From: an uncultured cyanobacterium
GTDB lineage: Bacteria; Cyanobacteriota; Cyanobacteriia; Phormidesmidales; Phormidesmidaceae
Length of the DNA: 64,000 nucleotides
Assembly: GCA_963793265.1 (NCBI GenBank)
Contig: CAWBZI010000006.1
Coordinates: 160,001-224,000 of the forward strand
Direction: 5' to 3'
The notes under the pieces were generated by a model. It was given only the letters and a program-made list of their open reading frames with translations, had not been told where the DNA came from and made no database searches. A program made the translations under genes and the position numbers. Of the stretch, positions 1 through 9,615 are shown piece by piece. Numbering within the stretch: position 1 is the first letter of the stretch; every line of letters begins with the position of its first letter.

Positions 1-1272
1 CGTTACCGCCCAGGTGTGCGTCAAAAACGCATCTAGCCCGTCAAACTCGGGGCACAAAATGCCTTCAACATGATCCACCGTATGAATCAAGTGGCTGTAT
101 AGCTCCACCTGACGACGCCCAATCACCTGCACCGAACCCGGCTCACAAATACGAGACTTGTCATTACGATCTACATCTGTGCACATCGTTAGCTCAGACT
201 CATCTTTGAGTGAGTTCAGCAGCAGCCGAATCTGCCAGGCATCTTCAATAGCATCTTTGCCGCGTGGAATCGTGCCGCTAATCGGGCAAGTCTCCACCCG
301 CCGACCGTCTACCCGCACAAACATTTCAGGCGAGGAGCCAATCAAATACTCACCGCCCAGATTGAAAATGAAGCCGTAAGGGCTTGGGTTTATCTCCTTT
401 AGCCTTCTAAACAAATCCGCAGGAGACGCTTCGCAGGTTTCAAAAAAGCTCTGGCTCGGCACCACTTCAAACAGATCGCCGCGTCTAAAATAATCAAAAG
501 CCTTCTCTACCAGCTTGGCATAGCCATTAGGCGGGTAGTCAGAAGATAGCTCAGGCGTGAGGCGACTTCCTCTGTGGTCAATCACCCTACCCGTCCGCCG
601 TAGCCCTTCGGTACTGCCCGCCTCCGTTTCAAACTCGTAGCTCAGCTCATAAGCTTCTTGCTGATAGTGGTCAATCACAACAAGCTGATCGGGCAAATAC
701 AGCACCAAATCTCGCTGATCGTCAGCCCTTTGCCGCTGCTGCTCAATCGGCTCAAACTGATAAACCAAGTCATAGCCCATCGCGCCATACAGGCCCAAAT
801 GGTCATCCTCATCGCTACCAAACGCCTGCATAATCGCCCGCACCACCGTAAAAACAGAAGGCTGCTTACTGCGCTTCTCTTCAGGAAACACTCCCTTAAC
901 AGGCGAAATTTCACCTGTAATTTGGTTGCCCGCATCTTTGTTGCTAGTGTGCGTCAGCGCTTGCAACCCCGACTGAGTGCATAGGTGACCGGCCAGATAG
1001 TCCACTAAAACTTTGCCGCGCTCGTTTAGCGCGTTAATACTGAATTCAGAGCCCTTAGTCACTAGCTCAATCGGTGGATTAATAAAGCCAAAAGCCCATC
1101 GCTTGTAGCGGCCAGGATACTCGTAGCTGCTCGTTAGCATTGCGCCAACTTGAGTATCTAGCCTAGAAAGAACACTCTCCATCGCCGCCTGCATCGGCAT
1201 TGTTTTGACGCTGCGGGAAATTTCAATATTGCCATGGGCTCTATAGCGATGAGAATGGGCTACACCTAACAT
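1..1272 (-). CDS. trpE: Anthranilate synthase component I (probably fused TrpE(G) type), 5' part; runs off the window edge
   Basis: Not in the ORF track because it is open-ended. I translated both ends by hand: from ATG at 1272, MLGVAHSHRY...LTSSYEYPGRYKRWAFGFINPPIEL; at the window edge, GLDAFLTHTWAVT in the same frame. SSYEYPGRY and AFLTHTWAVT are typical of this anthranilate synthase type. Adjacent to scyA. Confidence 0.9.
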   Translation of the reverse strand, partial: MLGVAHSHRYRAHGNIEISRSVKTMPMQAAMESVLSRLDTQVGAMLTSSYEYPGRYKRWAFGFINPPIELVTKGSEFSINALNERGKVLVDYLAGHLCTQSGLQALTHTSNKDAGNQITGEISPVKGVFPEEKRSKQPSVFTVVRAIMQAFGSDEDDHLGLYGAMGYDLVYQFEPIEQQRQRADDQRDLVLYLPDQLVVIDHYQQEAYELSYEFETEAGSTEGLRRTGRVIDHRGSRLTPELSSDYPPNGYAKLVEKAFDYFRRGDLFEVVPSQSFFETCEASPADLFRRLKEINPSPYGFIFNLGGEYLIGSSPEMFVRVDGRRVETCPISGTIPRGKDAIEDAWQIRLLLNSLKDESELTMCTDVDRNDKSRICEPGSVQVIGRRQVELYSHLIHTVDHVEGILCPEFDGLDAFLTHTWAVT

Positions 1273-1733
1273 AAATACAAGAAGTAAAAAGAACAAAAAA
1301 TCGCTACGCTGCGGAAAAACGTTGCGTTTCAGTCGGTTAGCAACAGCCTAAATAACAAGCATTAAAAATTTCAATGATGTTTTTTTAGAAGGCGTAGTAT
1401 TTTTTCGTAACCGCCCAATCCGTGACTTTACCGAAAGAAACCGTCGCGATCCAAAAAAACATCATGGATAATTCCTGGTGAATTCCCTATGTTCAAACTG
1501 TGTTCTATAGGTGCGCTCAAGGTCGCAAAAAGGTACTAAGTACGGTGATATTTCAGCACTTTACGCCTTTCGATGCAGCCAGCTACGCCTGTGGTAACAA
1601 AGTTATTTTTTAGTTCAGGTAGCTTGTCTTTACCGCCATTTTTGCTGTGCCCTCTATGTCAAGGCGCGGTTCAAAAGATGGAGAAGACCTCTACTTGAAC
1701 CCCATTTGTCTAAGGGTTTTACAAGGTCTATCA

Positions 1734-3629
1734 ATGATTGAAGATTCTGCTCAAGCAGTACTGTCGAAGCACGAGGTTATCGCCAGTCCATCTAGTTCCG
1801 CACCAGATACATACAAACCATCTTCTAGAAACGGAAGTTCAAGCAACAATTCAAACAACGGTTCAGCGAACGGTTCAGCAACAGTAAAAACGCAGCTTTC
1901 AGTCGCTCAGTCTGTTGTTAAGCTCATGGAAGAGTTGGGGATCGATAGCGCGTTTGGCGTGTCGGGTGGGGCGATGGCAACCCTTTGGGGGGCGATGTCG
2001 GATAGCGATCGCATCGAAGTCATCCACTGCCGCCACGAATCTGGGGCCACCTTCGCCGCTGCCGAAGCCGCCCTAGCCTCCAACCGTCCAGTCACCGCAT
2101 TTTCCACCGCAGGCCCCGGCCTCACCAACGCCCTCACCGGCATATTCGCCGCCCGAGGCGAAGGCGCAAAAGTCCTCCTAATTTCAGCCTGCACCTCTGC
2201 CCCCCAGCAAGGCAGATGGGCCATTCAAGAAACCAGCTCGCTTACCCTCCCCACCGCCGGACTCTTCACCAGCGGCGCACTGTTTAACTACGCCACCGTC
2301 GTTCAGTCCGCCGAGCAGCTTCCTCAAATCGCCCGCAGGCTTGCTCTCGGCTTCTCCCAGCCCGAAGGCTTCGTCGCTCACCTCAGCTTCCCCACCGCCG
2401 TCCAAGCTCAGCCGGTCAAAGTAGACATGCCTGAAGCTGAAGTTCTAAACAACGTTCCGAATCCCAGCGACGCCATCGTCAAAACCTGCGCCCAACGCCT
2501 CAGCGAAGCACCTTTTGCTATTTGGCTAGGTTATGGCGCTCGCCATGCTGCTAAAGAAGTTCTAGAACTTGCTGAGAAAACGGGTGCAGCCGTGATGTGC
2601 TCACCGAGAGGCAAAGGCGTTTTCCCTGAAAGCCACCCTCAATACATCGGCGTCACCGGGCTAGGCGGTCATGGCTCAGTGTTCAGCTACATGCAAGAGC
2701 AAAAGCCCCTTTGGACGCTTGTCCTCGGCACCCGGCTTGGCGAACCCACCTCCTTTTGGAGCCAAAGCATGGTGCCAACCAAAGGATTTATACACGTTGA
2801 CATCGACTCTCAAGTCCCTGGCGTCGCTTACTCCTGGGTCGAAACGCTGCCTGTTCAAGCAGAAATCGGCGCGTTCGTAAAAGCGCTCATGCCTCAGCTC
2901 GATGCTCTTCAATCGGCTAAAAATCAGGCATCTAAGCAGCTCCCAACGCCCGAGCGAGATGAGATTACAGCAGGAGAGCCAGACTGCGTAAGACCTGAAA
3001 TCTTAATGCAGATGATCCAACAGGAAGTTGTTGAATCGAGCAACGCTGTGGTATTGGCAGAATCAGGCAACTCTTTCACCTGGTCAACTAATCTGTTGCG
3101 CTTCGATCAGCCTAATCGCTACAGAGTAAGCACGGGCGCTGGCTCTATGGGCCACGCTGTCACAGGTGTTGTCGGTGCGGCCTATGCCTGCAAAGGTAAA
3201 GCGGTTGCGATCACAGGCGATGGCTCTATGCTAATGAACAACGAAATTAGCACCGCCGTAAAATACGACATTCCAGCCGTCTGGATTGTGCTTAACGACG
3301 CCCGCTACAACATGTGTTTTCAGGGCATGGCGCTACTCGGCCTCAACGGTGATGCTTTGATGCCACAAACCGATTTCGTGATGATTGCACGAGGCATGGG
3401 CGCGGATGGCATTCATGTCACTCAAGAATCCGAGCTAGCGGCAGCATTGCAGAAAGCCATGAGTGCACCGGGGCCGTTTGTTGTTGATGTACGCATAGAT
3501 GCGTCTCGGCAGGCTCCTTCTAAAGGGAGAAATCAGAGCCTTGTGAAACAAGGGGCTAAGACGGCGAAAGGGTCTGAGCTAGCGGAGCCGGTAGAGGCAG
3601 AGGAGCCGGTTTCTTTTCCTTTGGTTTGA
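1734..3629 (+). CDS. scyA: ThDP-dependent acyloin synthase of scytonemin biosynthesis (acetolactate synthase-like)
   Basis: FGVSGG, HCRHESGATFAA, TAGPGLTN and ThDP-binding GDGSMLMNNE...VLND motifs. Followed by a Leu-dehydrogenase-like gene and scyC. ATG 1734 chosen over the track GTG at 1647. Confidence 0.9.
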   Translation: MIEDSAQAVLSKHEVIASPSSSAPDTYKPSSRNGSSSNNSNNGSANGSATVKTQLSVAQSVVKLMEELGIDSAFGVSGGAMATLWGAMSDSDRIEVIHCRHESGATFAAAEAALASNRPVTAFSTAGPGLTNALTGIFAARGEGAKVLLISACTSAPQQGRWAIQETSSLTLPTAGLFTSGALFNYATVVQSAEQLPQIARRLALGFSQPEGFVAHLSFPTAVQAQPVKVDMPEAEVLNNVPNPSDAIVKTCAQRLSEAPFAIWLGYGARHAAKEVLELAEKTGAAVMCSPRGKGVFPESHPQYIGVTGLGGHGSVFSYMQEQKPLWTLVLGTRLGEPTSFWSQSMVPTKGFIHVDIDSQVPGVAYSWVETLPVQAEIGAFVKALMPQLDALQSAKNQASKQLPTPERDEITAGEPDCVRPEILMQMIQQEVVESSNAVVLAESGNSFTWSTNLLRFDQPNRYRVSTGAGSMGHAVTGVVGAAYACKGKAVAITGDGSMLMNNEISTAVKYDIPAVWIVLNDARYNMCFQGMALLGLNGDALMPQTDFVMIARGMGADGIHVTQESELAAALQKAMSAPGPFVVDVRIDASRQAPSKGRNQSLVKQGAKTAKGSELAEPVEAEEPVSFPLV

Positions 3630-3664
3630 GCTTTAGAAGTAGGAATGTAGCAACGCACATCGAT

Positions 3665-3749
3665 GCCCTCACCCCAACCCTCTCCCGAGGGGAGAGGGAG
3701 TCAGATTCAAAGTCCTTCTCCCCTCGGGAGAAGGATTTAGGATGAGGGC
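3665..3749. repeat. Paired inverted REP-like palindromic element
   Basis: GCCCTCACCCCAACCCTCTCCCGAGGGGAGAGGGA followed by an imperfect inverted copy TCCTTCTCCCCTCGGGAGAAGGATTTAGGATGAGGGC. Each half contains its own hairpin. Confidence 0.75.
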
Positions 3750-3840
3750 TTCAGCACATACTGGTTAAGCGTTTTATTGCGCTTTTCCCCTCAAACGCCT
3801 TCCCCCACACAATCCCTTTCACGCAACAGGAACCAAACTT

Positions 3841-4905
3841 GTGAAAATATTTGAAACGACCGAAACCACAGGTCACGAGCAGATTCTCTTCTGCCACGAT
3901 CAGGCTTCGGGACTACGCTCTATCATCGCCATCCACGATACCAGCCCCGGATTTGCGATGGGAGCGACCCGCCTGTGGCCCTACGCAACGGAAGCTGCTG
4001 CCCTCACAGACGTATTGCGCCTGAGCCGAGGCATGACTTACAAAGCAGCCTGCGCCAACATTCCTGTCGGTGGTGGTAAAGCGGTGATCATCGCGCGCCC
4101 TGAGCAAAAAACCAATGAGCTGCTCAGAGCTTACGGTCGGTTTATCGACAGCATTAATGGCCAGTTTGTTACCGGACAAGACGTAAACTTAAACGCCCAA
4201 GACGTTCGCCAAATCTGCATAGAAACCAAGCACGTTGTCGGCACTCAGGAGCGTAACGGTGGCCCGGTGGCAGCAACGGCAACTGGCGTGCTGCTTGGGA
4301 TTCAAGCAGCCGTAGAATTTCAGCGGCAGCAGCGCGATTTGCGCGGACTAAAGATCGCCATTCAAGGGCTAGGCAATATTGGTGGGGCGCTGTGTGAGGA
4401 GTTGCACGAGCGCGGGGCGAAGCTGTTTGTTACTGATATCAATCCTGAAAGGGTGGAGGCGATCGCACAAAAATACAACGCCACCCCCGTCGCCCCCGAA
4501 GACATCTACGCCGTGGATGCCGACATCTTCTGTCCCTGTGCACTCGGGGCCATCCTCAACGCCCAAACCATCCCGCAGCTAAAAGCCACCATCATCGCAG
4601 GCAGCGCCAACAACCAGCTCGCTCACGAACAGCAAGACGGTGAACTTCTTTCTGAACGCGGCATTCTGTACTGCCCAGACTACGTAATCAATGCAGGCGG
4701 ACTAATCAACGTGTATCACGAGATGGTCGGCTACGAAGAGCTAAAAGTGTTCAAACACGTGCAGGGCATCGGCAATACCCTCACCGAAATCTTTGAACAA
4801 GCCGACAAATCACAAACGACCACCAACATTTCAGCCTATTGCCTTGCCGACAGCCGCATCGCAGCCGCCAAAGCCAAAAAAATCAAAGTCCTTCAAAGCG
4901 TATAA
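3841..4905 (+). CDS. scyB: Tryptophan dehydrogenase (Leu/Phe/Val dehydrogenase family)
   Basis: DVLRLSRGMTYK, GGGKAVI, Rossmann IQGLGNIG, IAGSANNQL and PDYVINAGG motifs. Lies between scyA and scyC. Confidence 0.9.
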   Translation: MKIFETTETTGHEQILFCHDQASGLRSIIAIHDTSPGFAMGATRLWPYATEAAALTDVLRLSRGMTYKAACANIPVGGGKAVIIARPEQKTNELLRAYGRFIDSINGQFVTGQDVNLNAQDVRQICIETKHVVGTQERNGGPVAATATGVLLGIQAAVEFQRQQRDLRGLKIAIQGLGNIGGALCEELHERGAKLFVTDINPERVEAIAQKYNATPVAPEDIYAVDADIFCPCALGAILNAQTIPQLKATIIAGSANNQLAHEQQDGELLSERGILYCPDYVINAGGLINVYHEMVGYEELKVFKHVQGIGNTLTEIFEQADKSQTTTNISAYCLADSRIAAAKAKKIKVLQSV

Positions 4906-4923
4906 CTCCAAACCCTAAAAATC

Positions 4924-5931
4924 ATGGAAAGCAACACCTTCGCCACCTCAGCCTTCATCAAAACCGATGTCGAAACGGCCTTCTCCTACCTGTGCGAACT
5001 CAAAAATCTCGACGAATGGACGCTCTTTAGCAACATGATCGAGCAGGTTGACGAAGACACCTGGCTCGGCACTGCCTCCGGCTATCACAGCAATTTGTAC
5101 TACCACGTCAAACGATTCGATAATCCCGACTTTCGCGGCATCGAGTGGCACTGCGGCCTGGAATACAAACAGTACTTCCAGGTTTACCCCGTCTTCCTAT
5201 TTCCCCCCGACTACGTAGAGCCCGGCTCAGACGAGTCCGGCGTTTACTTTCACTGGCTCAGCTTTGTCGATCCGAAGCGCCGCAACCCCATGATCATGCA
5301 GGGTATCGAAACCGTGCATACCTCAGAGTGCCGATCGCTCAAGGCCATCATGGAGCGCAAGCAAGGCGCAACCGAAGCCGCTCAAGGGCGCTATCAAATC
5401 AAGACCTTCAGCATTTTTGTAGATGCGCCTTTAGAAATGGGCTTTGAGTTTCTTAAAGACGTTGCAAATATAGATGTGTGGACACACTTACTGCGACCTG
5501 ACGGCGAGGTGAAAGGTGAGTCAGGCACGTTTTTAGACGAATACAATCAGACGGTGGAAGTAGAGCTAAAGGCCCACGCCCTCAGTAAGTTCTACCTGCT
5601 AGAGCAAACCTACCACTACCCCGAGCACGACTTCACCCAGCGCTGCCCTATCGTCATCATTCCGTGCGCCTACGCCTTTGGCGACCCTACCGCCGAAGGC
5701 TTCATCCTTCATCGCATCACCTTCTGGCCCACCGAAGGCCAGCTCCGCCACGGCAAGCTCCAAATCCACGACTTCGGCGCTGAAGGCATGAATATTAAAC
5801 GGATGCTAGAAGCCAAAGCAGGCAACCTCGATAGCTTTGCTAAAGGCATGAGCTATCAGCCGCAGAGTAAGGAGTTGAGCGAAACAAACGGCAAGGCCGA
5901 AAAACCGGAGAAGCAAGCAATCAAACTGTAA
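4924..5931 (+). CDS. scyC: Scytonemin biosynthesis cyclase/decarboxylase
   Basis: Two SRPBCC-like halves (TFATSAFI...NLDEWTL; TFSIFVDAP...). Third gene after scyA-scyB. Confidence 0.88.
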   Translation: MESNTFATSAFIKTDVETAFSYLCELKNLDEWTLFSNMIEQVDEDTWLGTASGYHSNLYYHVKRFDNPDFRGIEWHCGLEYKQYFQVYPVFLFPPDYVEPGSDESGVYFHWLSFVDPKRRNPMIMQGIETVHTSECRSLKAIMERKQGATEAAQGRYQIKTFSIFVDAPLEMGFEFLKDVANIDVWTHLLRPDGEVKGESGTFLDEYNQTVEVELKAHALSKFYLLEQTYHYPEHDFTQRCPIVIIPCAYAFGDPTAEGFILHRITFWPTEGQLRHGKLQIHDFGAEGMNIKRMLEAKAGNLDSFAKGMSYQPQSKELSETNGKAEKPEKQAIKL

Positions 5932-5955
5932 AAACATAAGGCTTTCCTTTATCAC

Positions 5956-5989
5956 AAACCTTCTCTTGTTCTAAAGAGGAGGTTTTTTT
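5956..5989 (+). terminator. Intrinsic terminator after scyC
   Basis: Stem AAACCTTCTCTT/AAGAGGAGGTTT followed by a T-run. Confidence 0.7.
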
Positions 5990-6589
5990 ATTTACCTTTC
6001 AACAACAGTTCCACCACAGTCAATGAACATTGTTTTGCGCTTGCCTATTACAGTTGACAATTATAACGATTCATCTAAAATACAAAGAATCTCTTTTGCT
6101 AACGAAGTGCTCATCGCCCTTATAAAGAGTTTCTTTACACAAGATAAAAGTGCACAAAAGAGAGTTTCTAGCAATGAGTATTCTTTAGTAGAACGCCTCT
6201 TAAAGTGATAATTTTAATGGCTTTCAAAAATCTCAAACGCCTTTATCTACAGGTGTTTTAAGTTCTTATGAAGCCTCAGCTTGTAGAAAATAAGTGCAAT
6301 GAATTTAAATCTTTTCTGTGGTAGCTTAAAAACACAAAACCACATGACTTAAAACAATTCGGCTAGCTGTCGCAACCACGCGTTTAAAAGCTCTCTTCCA
6401 GGTAGTGAGTTTTGTTTTCACATGCGTTCTCCTACAAATACATACAAAGAGAACAGCCAAAATCTGGGTGCTAAATAAATATATCGAACCGAATGGCTTC
6501 TCAAGTGTGAAGCATCCGTTTCTCTCTTCTTCATAAGCAAAAGAACACCTTTTTCCGTATCACTCACTTTCCCCCACTTCAAACAGCAG

Positions 6590-8134
6590 ATGCAAACCAA
6601 AAGATTCCAATACTCCTCGTTCTTAGCGCTCAGCTTGGCCCTTCTCTCTGGAGGAGCAGCCCAAGCAGCTAACTTCTCAGTTATTGCCGATGGCCTCGAT
6701 CAGCCACGCGGTTTCGCGTTCGCTCCCGATGGCACGCTCTACATTCCAGAGCCTGGTATTGGTGGAGATAGCGATCGCTGCCAGCCTTCCCCAAGTACCC
6801 TATTCCAGCCTATCTGCGCAGGCACCAGCGGCAAAATCACAGCCGTTAGCACTGATGGCAGCACCAAAACGCTGCTCAACGGCTTCCAGTCCTTGGCTGA
6901 GCAGCCTTCCAAAAATCAGGGTGCAGGCCCCGCAGATATCGACTTTGACGAGCTTGGCAATGCCTACCTCATCACTGGCTTTGCTGGCTACCCTGGCAAC
7001 CGCGACAAAGACATCAGCCTGATCGCTCAAGACTTTCCTGTTCCCGACGGCCAAAAGGCAACGTTTCCGCCTTCTCCGATTGAAGACGTATTAGAAACGC
7101 CCGATCTGGCTAAGCTGTTCAAAATCGATTTACAAACGGAAGAACTCACCGAGATCTTTGACTTTGGTCTGTATGAGGTCACGCAGAACCCCGACAAAGG
7201 TGACTTCGTTACCAACCCTTACGATCTAGATATTGCTAACGGCAATGCCTACGTCGTAGATGGTGGCGGTAACGTCGCTTACGAAATCGATCTTGCAACC
7301 GGCAAAGCAAAAACCACCGCGATTCCTCGCATCATCGTCGAGAATCCTGAGTTTCCACCCATGGGGCCACCTGAGGGAGCAGAGCCGGAGGTTAACCCGC
7401 TCGGCAACGGCGAGGTGATTGAAGAAGCCATTGACGGCGACGCGCCCTTCCCAGGCGGTATGCCGCCGATGGACATGGGGCCTGATGGGGCTCCTGACGG
7501 TGCACCTAGCGGCCCACCGCCTGGTGGAGATGGCGGTGTTGGCGATCTTCTGCCTGGTTTGTTTGAGCCAGTTCCAGGCAATCCTAACGCGATTTCTATT
7601 CAGTCAGTACCAACCGGCAACGCGATTGGCCCAGATGGCGCGCAGTATGTTGCTGAGTACACCGGATTCCCTTATCCAGAAGGCGCAGCCAGCATTTACC
7701 GCATTGGTGAAGACGGTACGCCTGAAGTTTATGCAACCGGCTTTACTCAAATCACCGACATCGAATTTGATGCAGATGGCAATCTGTTAGTGCTTGAGTT
7801 TAGCGACGAAGCACCTTGGAAAGGCGAAGACATTCGCTCACTGCCTAGCGCCTTGAGTATGGTGGCTCCTGATGGTACCAAAACGGTACTGGTAGAGTCA
7901 GGCGAAGGGCTGCTTTCTGCTGATGGCATTACCATTGGCCCAGATGGCAACGTATATGTTGCTAACAAAGCAATTGGCGGCGGTGAAGGTCAAATCGTCC
8001 GACTAGACAACCTGTTCAAGGGCGACAAAGACGACGCAGAATCCGTACCTGAGCCGGTTTCAATTGTTGCTGTTTTGGCGTTTGGCGCGGTGAGTACTAA
8101 GTTGCTCAAGCGCAAGGCTTGGCAGTCTAGCTAG
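6590..8134 (+). CDS. scyE: ScyD/ScyE-family secreted beta-propeller protein with PEP-CTERM anchor (most likely ScyE)
   Basis: Signal peptide, ADGLDQPRG, QSVPTG..IGPDGA.YVAEYTGFPYPEG motifs and a C-terminal VPEP-hydrophobic-KRK tail. Lies directly before scyF. Confidence 0.8.
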   Translation: MQTKRFQYSSFLALSLALLSGGAAQAANFSVIADGLDQPRGFAFAPDGTLYIPEPGIGGDSDRCQPSPSTLFQPICAGTSGKITAVSTDGSTKTLLNGFQSLAEQPSKNQGAGPADIDFDELGNAYLITGFAGYPGNRDKDISLIAQDFPVPDGQKATFPPSPIEDVLETPDLAKLFKIDLQTEELTEIFDFGLYEVTQNPDKGDFVTNPYDLDIANGNAYVVDGGGNVAYEIDLATGKAKTTAIPRIIVENPEFPPMGPPEGAEPEVNPLGNGEVIEEAIDGDAPFPGGMPPMDMGPDGAPDGAPSGPPPGGDGGVGDLLPGLFEPVPGNPNAISIQSVPTGNAIGPDGAQYVAEYTGFPYPEGAASIYRIGEDGTPEVYATGFTQITDIEFDADGNLLVLEFSDEAPWKGEDIRSLPSALSMVAPDGTKTVLVESGEGLLSADGITIGPDGNVYVANKAIGGGEGQIVRLDNLFKGDKDDAESVPEPVSIVAVLAFGAVSTKLLKRKAWQSS

Positions 8135-8282
8135 TCCTAACGTGCGGCTGCTTTTTGTTCTTAGCTTTGTCGTTAGCGAACGCTTGCGAGCACAGGTACG
8201 AACAAAAAGCAGCGAATAACAATTTTGTTTCACACATACAGGGCATCTATTGACAAGTTTCCTATCAAACCCTCGTTTACCT

Positions 8283-9464
8283 ATGAAGTCAACTAAACTT
8301 TTATGGGCCGCTGTTGCTGCTGGCTTACCGGCTAGTTTAGCTTTAGCGATCGCCCCCAACGCTGAAGCGGTCACCATCACATTCGACTCCACCGTCGGCT
8401 CTCCCGGCTTCGGCCCTGGCGAACTCTTCGTCCCTCAAGGCGTCGGCGTTGGCCCTGACGACAATATCTACGTCGCCAACGGACGCGGCATTAATCCCAT
8501 GACTGGCGAGTTTGCCCCAGAAGTCGGCAACAAAGTCGAAGTCTTCAGCCCTAGTGGTGAATACCTCAGGTCTGTTGGCGTTGGGGGCAAAGGCCCTGGC
8601 CAGCTAGACGAACCTGGTGCCATCAAATTCGACCCCACCTCCGGCAACCTTTACGTAGGTGACGTTTTCAACAGTGAAATCGACATTTACGAGCCGCTCT
8701 CCGGTGACTTTATTGATTCATTCGGCTCCTTCAGCGGTCAAGTTGCCGATCGCCCCTTCTTCGGGCCCGGTGGCTTCGACTTCAACGCCCAAGGAGACAT
8801 TTACGTCCCCGACTTTAGCGGCGACGAGATCAAGGTTTACAACCGCGTCGGTGAACTCACTAAAACCATCGGCGTATCAGGCTCAGAGCCAGGCCAGTTC
8901 TTAGGCCCAGCCGCTATCGGTATCTCCGACAAAACCGGGAATCTATATATCACCGACCAGTTCAACAACAGAATTCAGGTACTCAACGCCGAAGGTGAGT
9001 TTCTCTTTGCCTTTGGTACCGAAGGCACTGATCCCGGCCAGTTCAACGAGCCGATTGGCCTTGACCTTGACGAATTTGACAACATTTACGTTGCCGACTC
9101 TCAAAACGGTCGCGTGCAGGTATTTGACCCAGAAGGCAACTTCCTTACTGCCTACGGCGAACCCGCCCGCACGCCCGATGGTCAAATCGTAACGCCCCCT
9201 GCCTTGGGTGGCCCTCCGTTTGGCGATCCACTCGTCCTTGAGCCCGGCGTCTTTAACTGGACAGCCGGACTAGAGTACGAAGACGGCAAGCTGTATGTAG
9301 GAGACTTTTTCCAAGGTCGCGTACAGATTCTAGACGTTGTTAATGAAGACGGCGAAACGCCTGATGGTGCAAAAGTCCCTGAGCCCTCAGCAGGGTTGGG
9401 CCTAGCTGCTTTAGGTTTACTGGGCGTTGCTAGCCGCGCTAGAAAGAAGTGGGCATCGGCTTAA
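8283..9464 (+). CDS. scyF: NHL-repeat PEP-CTERM protein of the scytonemin cluster
   Basis: Signal peptide, repeated GxxPGQFxxPxG...NIYVAD..N.RVQVFD NHL repeats and a VPEP-hydrophobic-RARKK tail. Confidence 0.85.
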   Translation: MKSTKLLWAAVAAGLPASLALAIAPNAEAVTITFDSTVGSPGFGPGELFVPQGVGVGPDDNIYVANGRGINPMTGEFAPEVGNKVEVFSPSGEYLRSVGVGGKGPGQLDEPGAIKFDPTSGNLYVGDVFNSEIDIYEPLSGDFIDSFGSFSGQVADRPFFGPGGFDFNAQGDIYVPDFSGDEIKVYNRVGELTKTIGVSGSEPGQFLGPAAIGISDKTGNLYITDQFNNRIQVLNAEGEFLFAFGTEGTDPGQFNEPIGLDLDEFDNIYVADSQNGRVQVFDPEGNFLTAYGEPARTPDGQIVTPPALGGPPFGDPLVLEPGVFNWTAGLEYEDGKLYVGDFFQGRVQILDVVNEDGETPDGAKVPEPSAGLGLAALGLLGVASRARKKWASA

Positions 9465-9484
9465 AAAGCTAATCCTCTTTGTAT

Positions 9485-9530
9485 AAAAGGCCGCTCTCTT
9501 TGTAATTTTCTACAAGGAGAGCGGCCTTTT
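9485..9530. terminator. Strong hairpin, potentially bidirectional terminator after scyF
   Basis: AAAAGGCCGCTCTCTTTGTA...TACAAGGAGAGCGGCCTTTT, a 20-bp near-perfect inverted repeat with A/T tails. Confidence 0.8.
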
Positions 9531-9615
9531 GTCTGAGAGAAAACGCTTCACCCCATCTCACGATGACTTCACACCTGCGCGCTACAATGTTGCCATTCTC
9601 GACGGTATCGCTCTT

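Noticed and set aside
158..984. Short track ORFs at 158, 658 and 675
   Set aside because: Antisense or off-frame shadows of the trpE frame.
6023..6208. 61-aa ORF in the scyC-scyE gap (and the 6418-6600 minus ORF)
   Set aside because: AT-rich, atypical codons and no recognisable motif; treated as non-coding.
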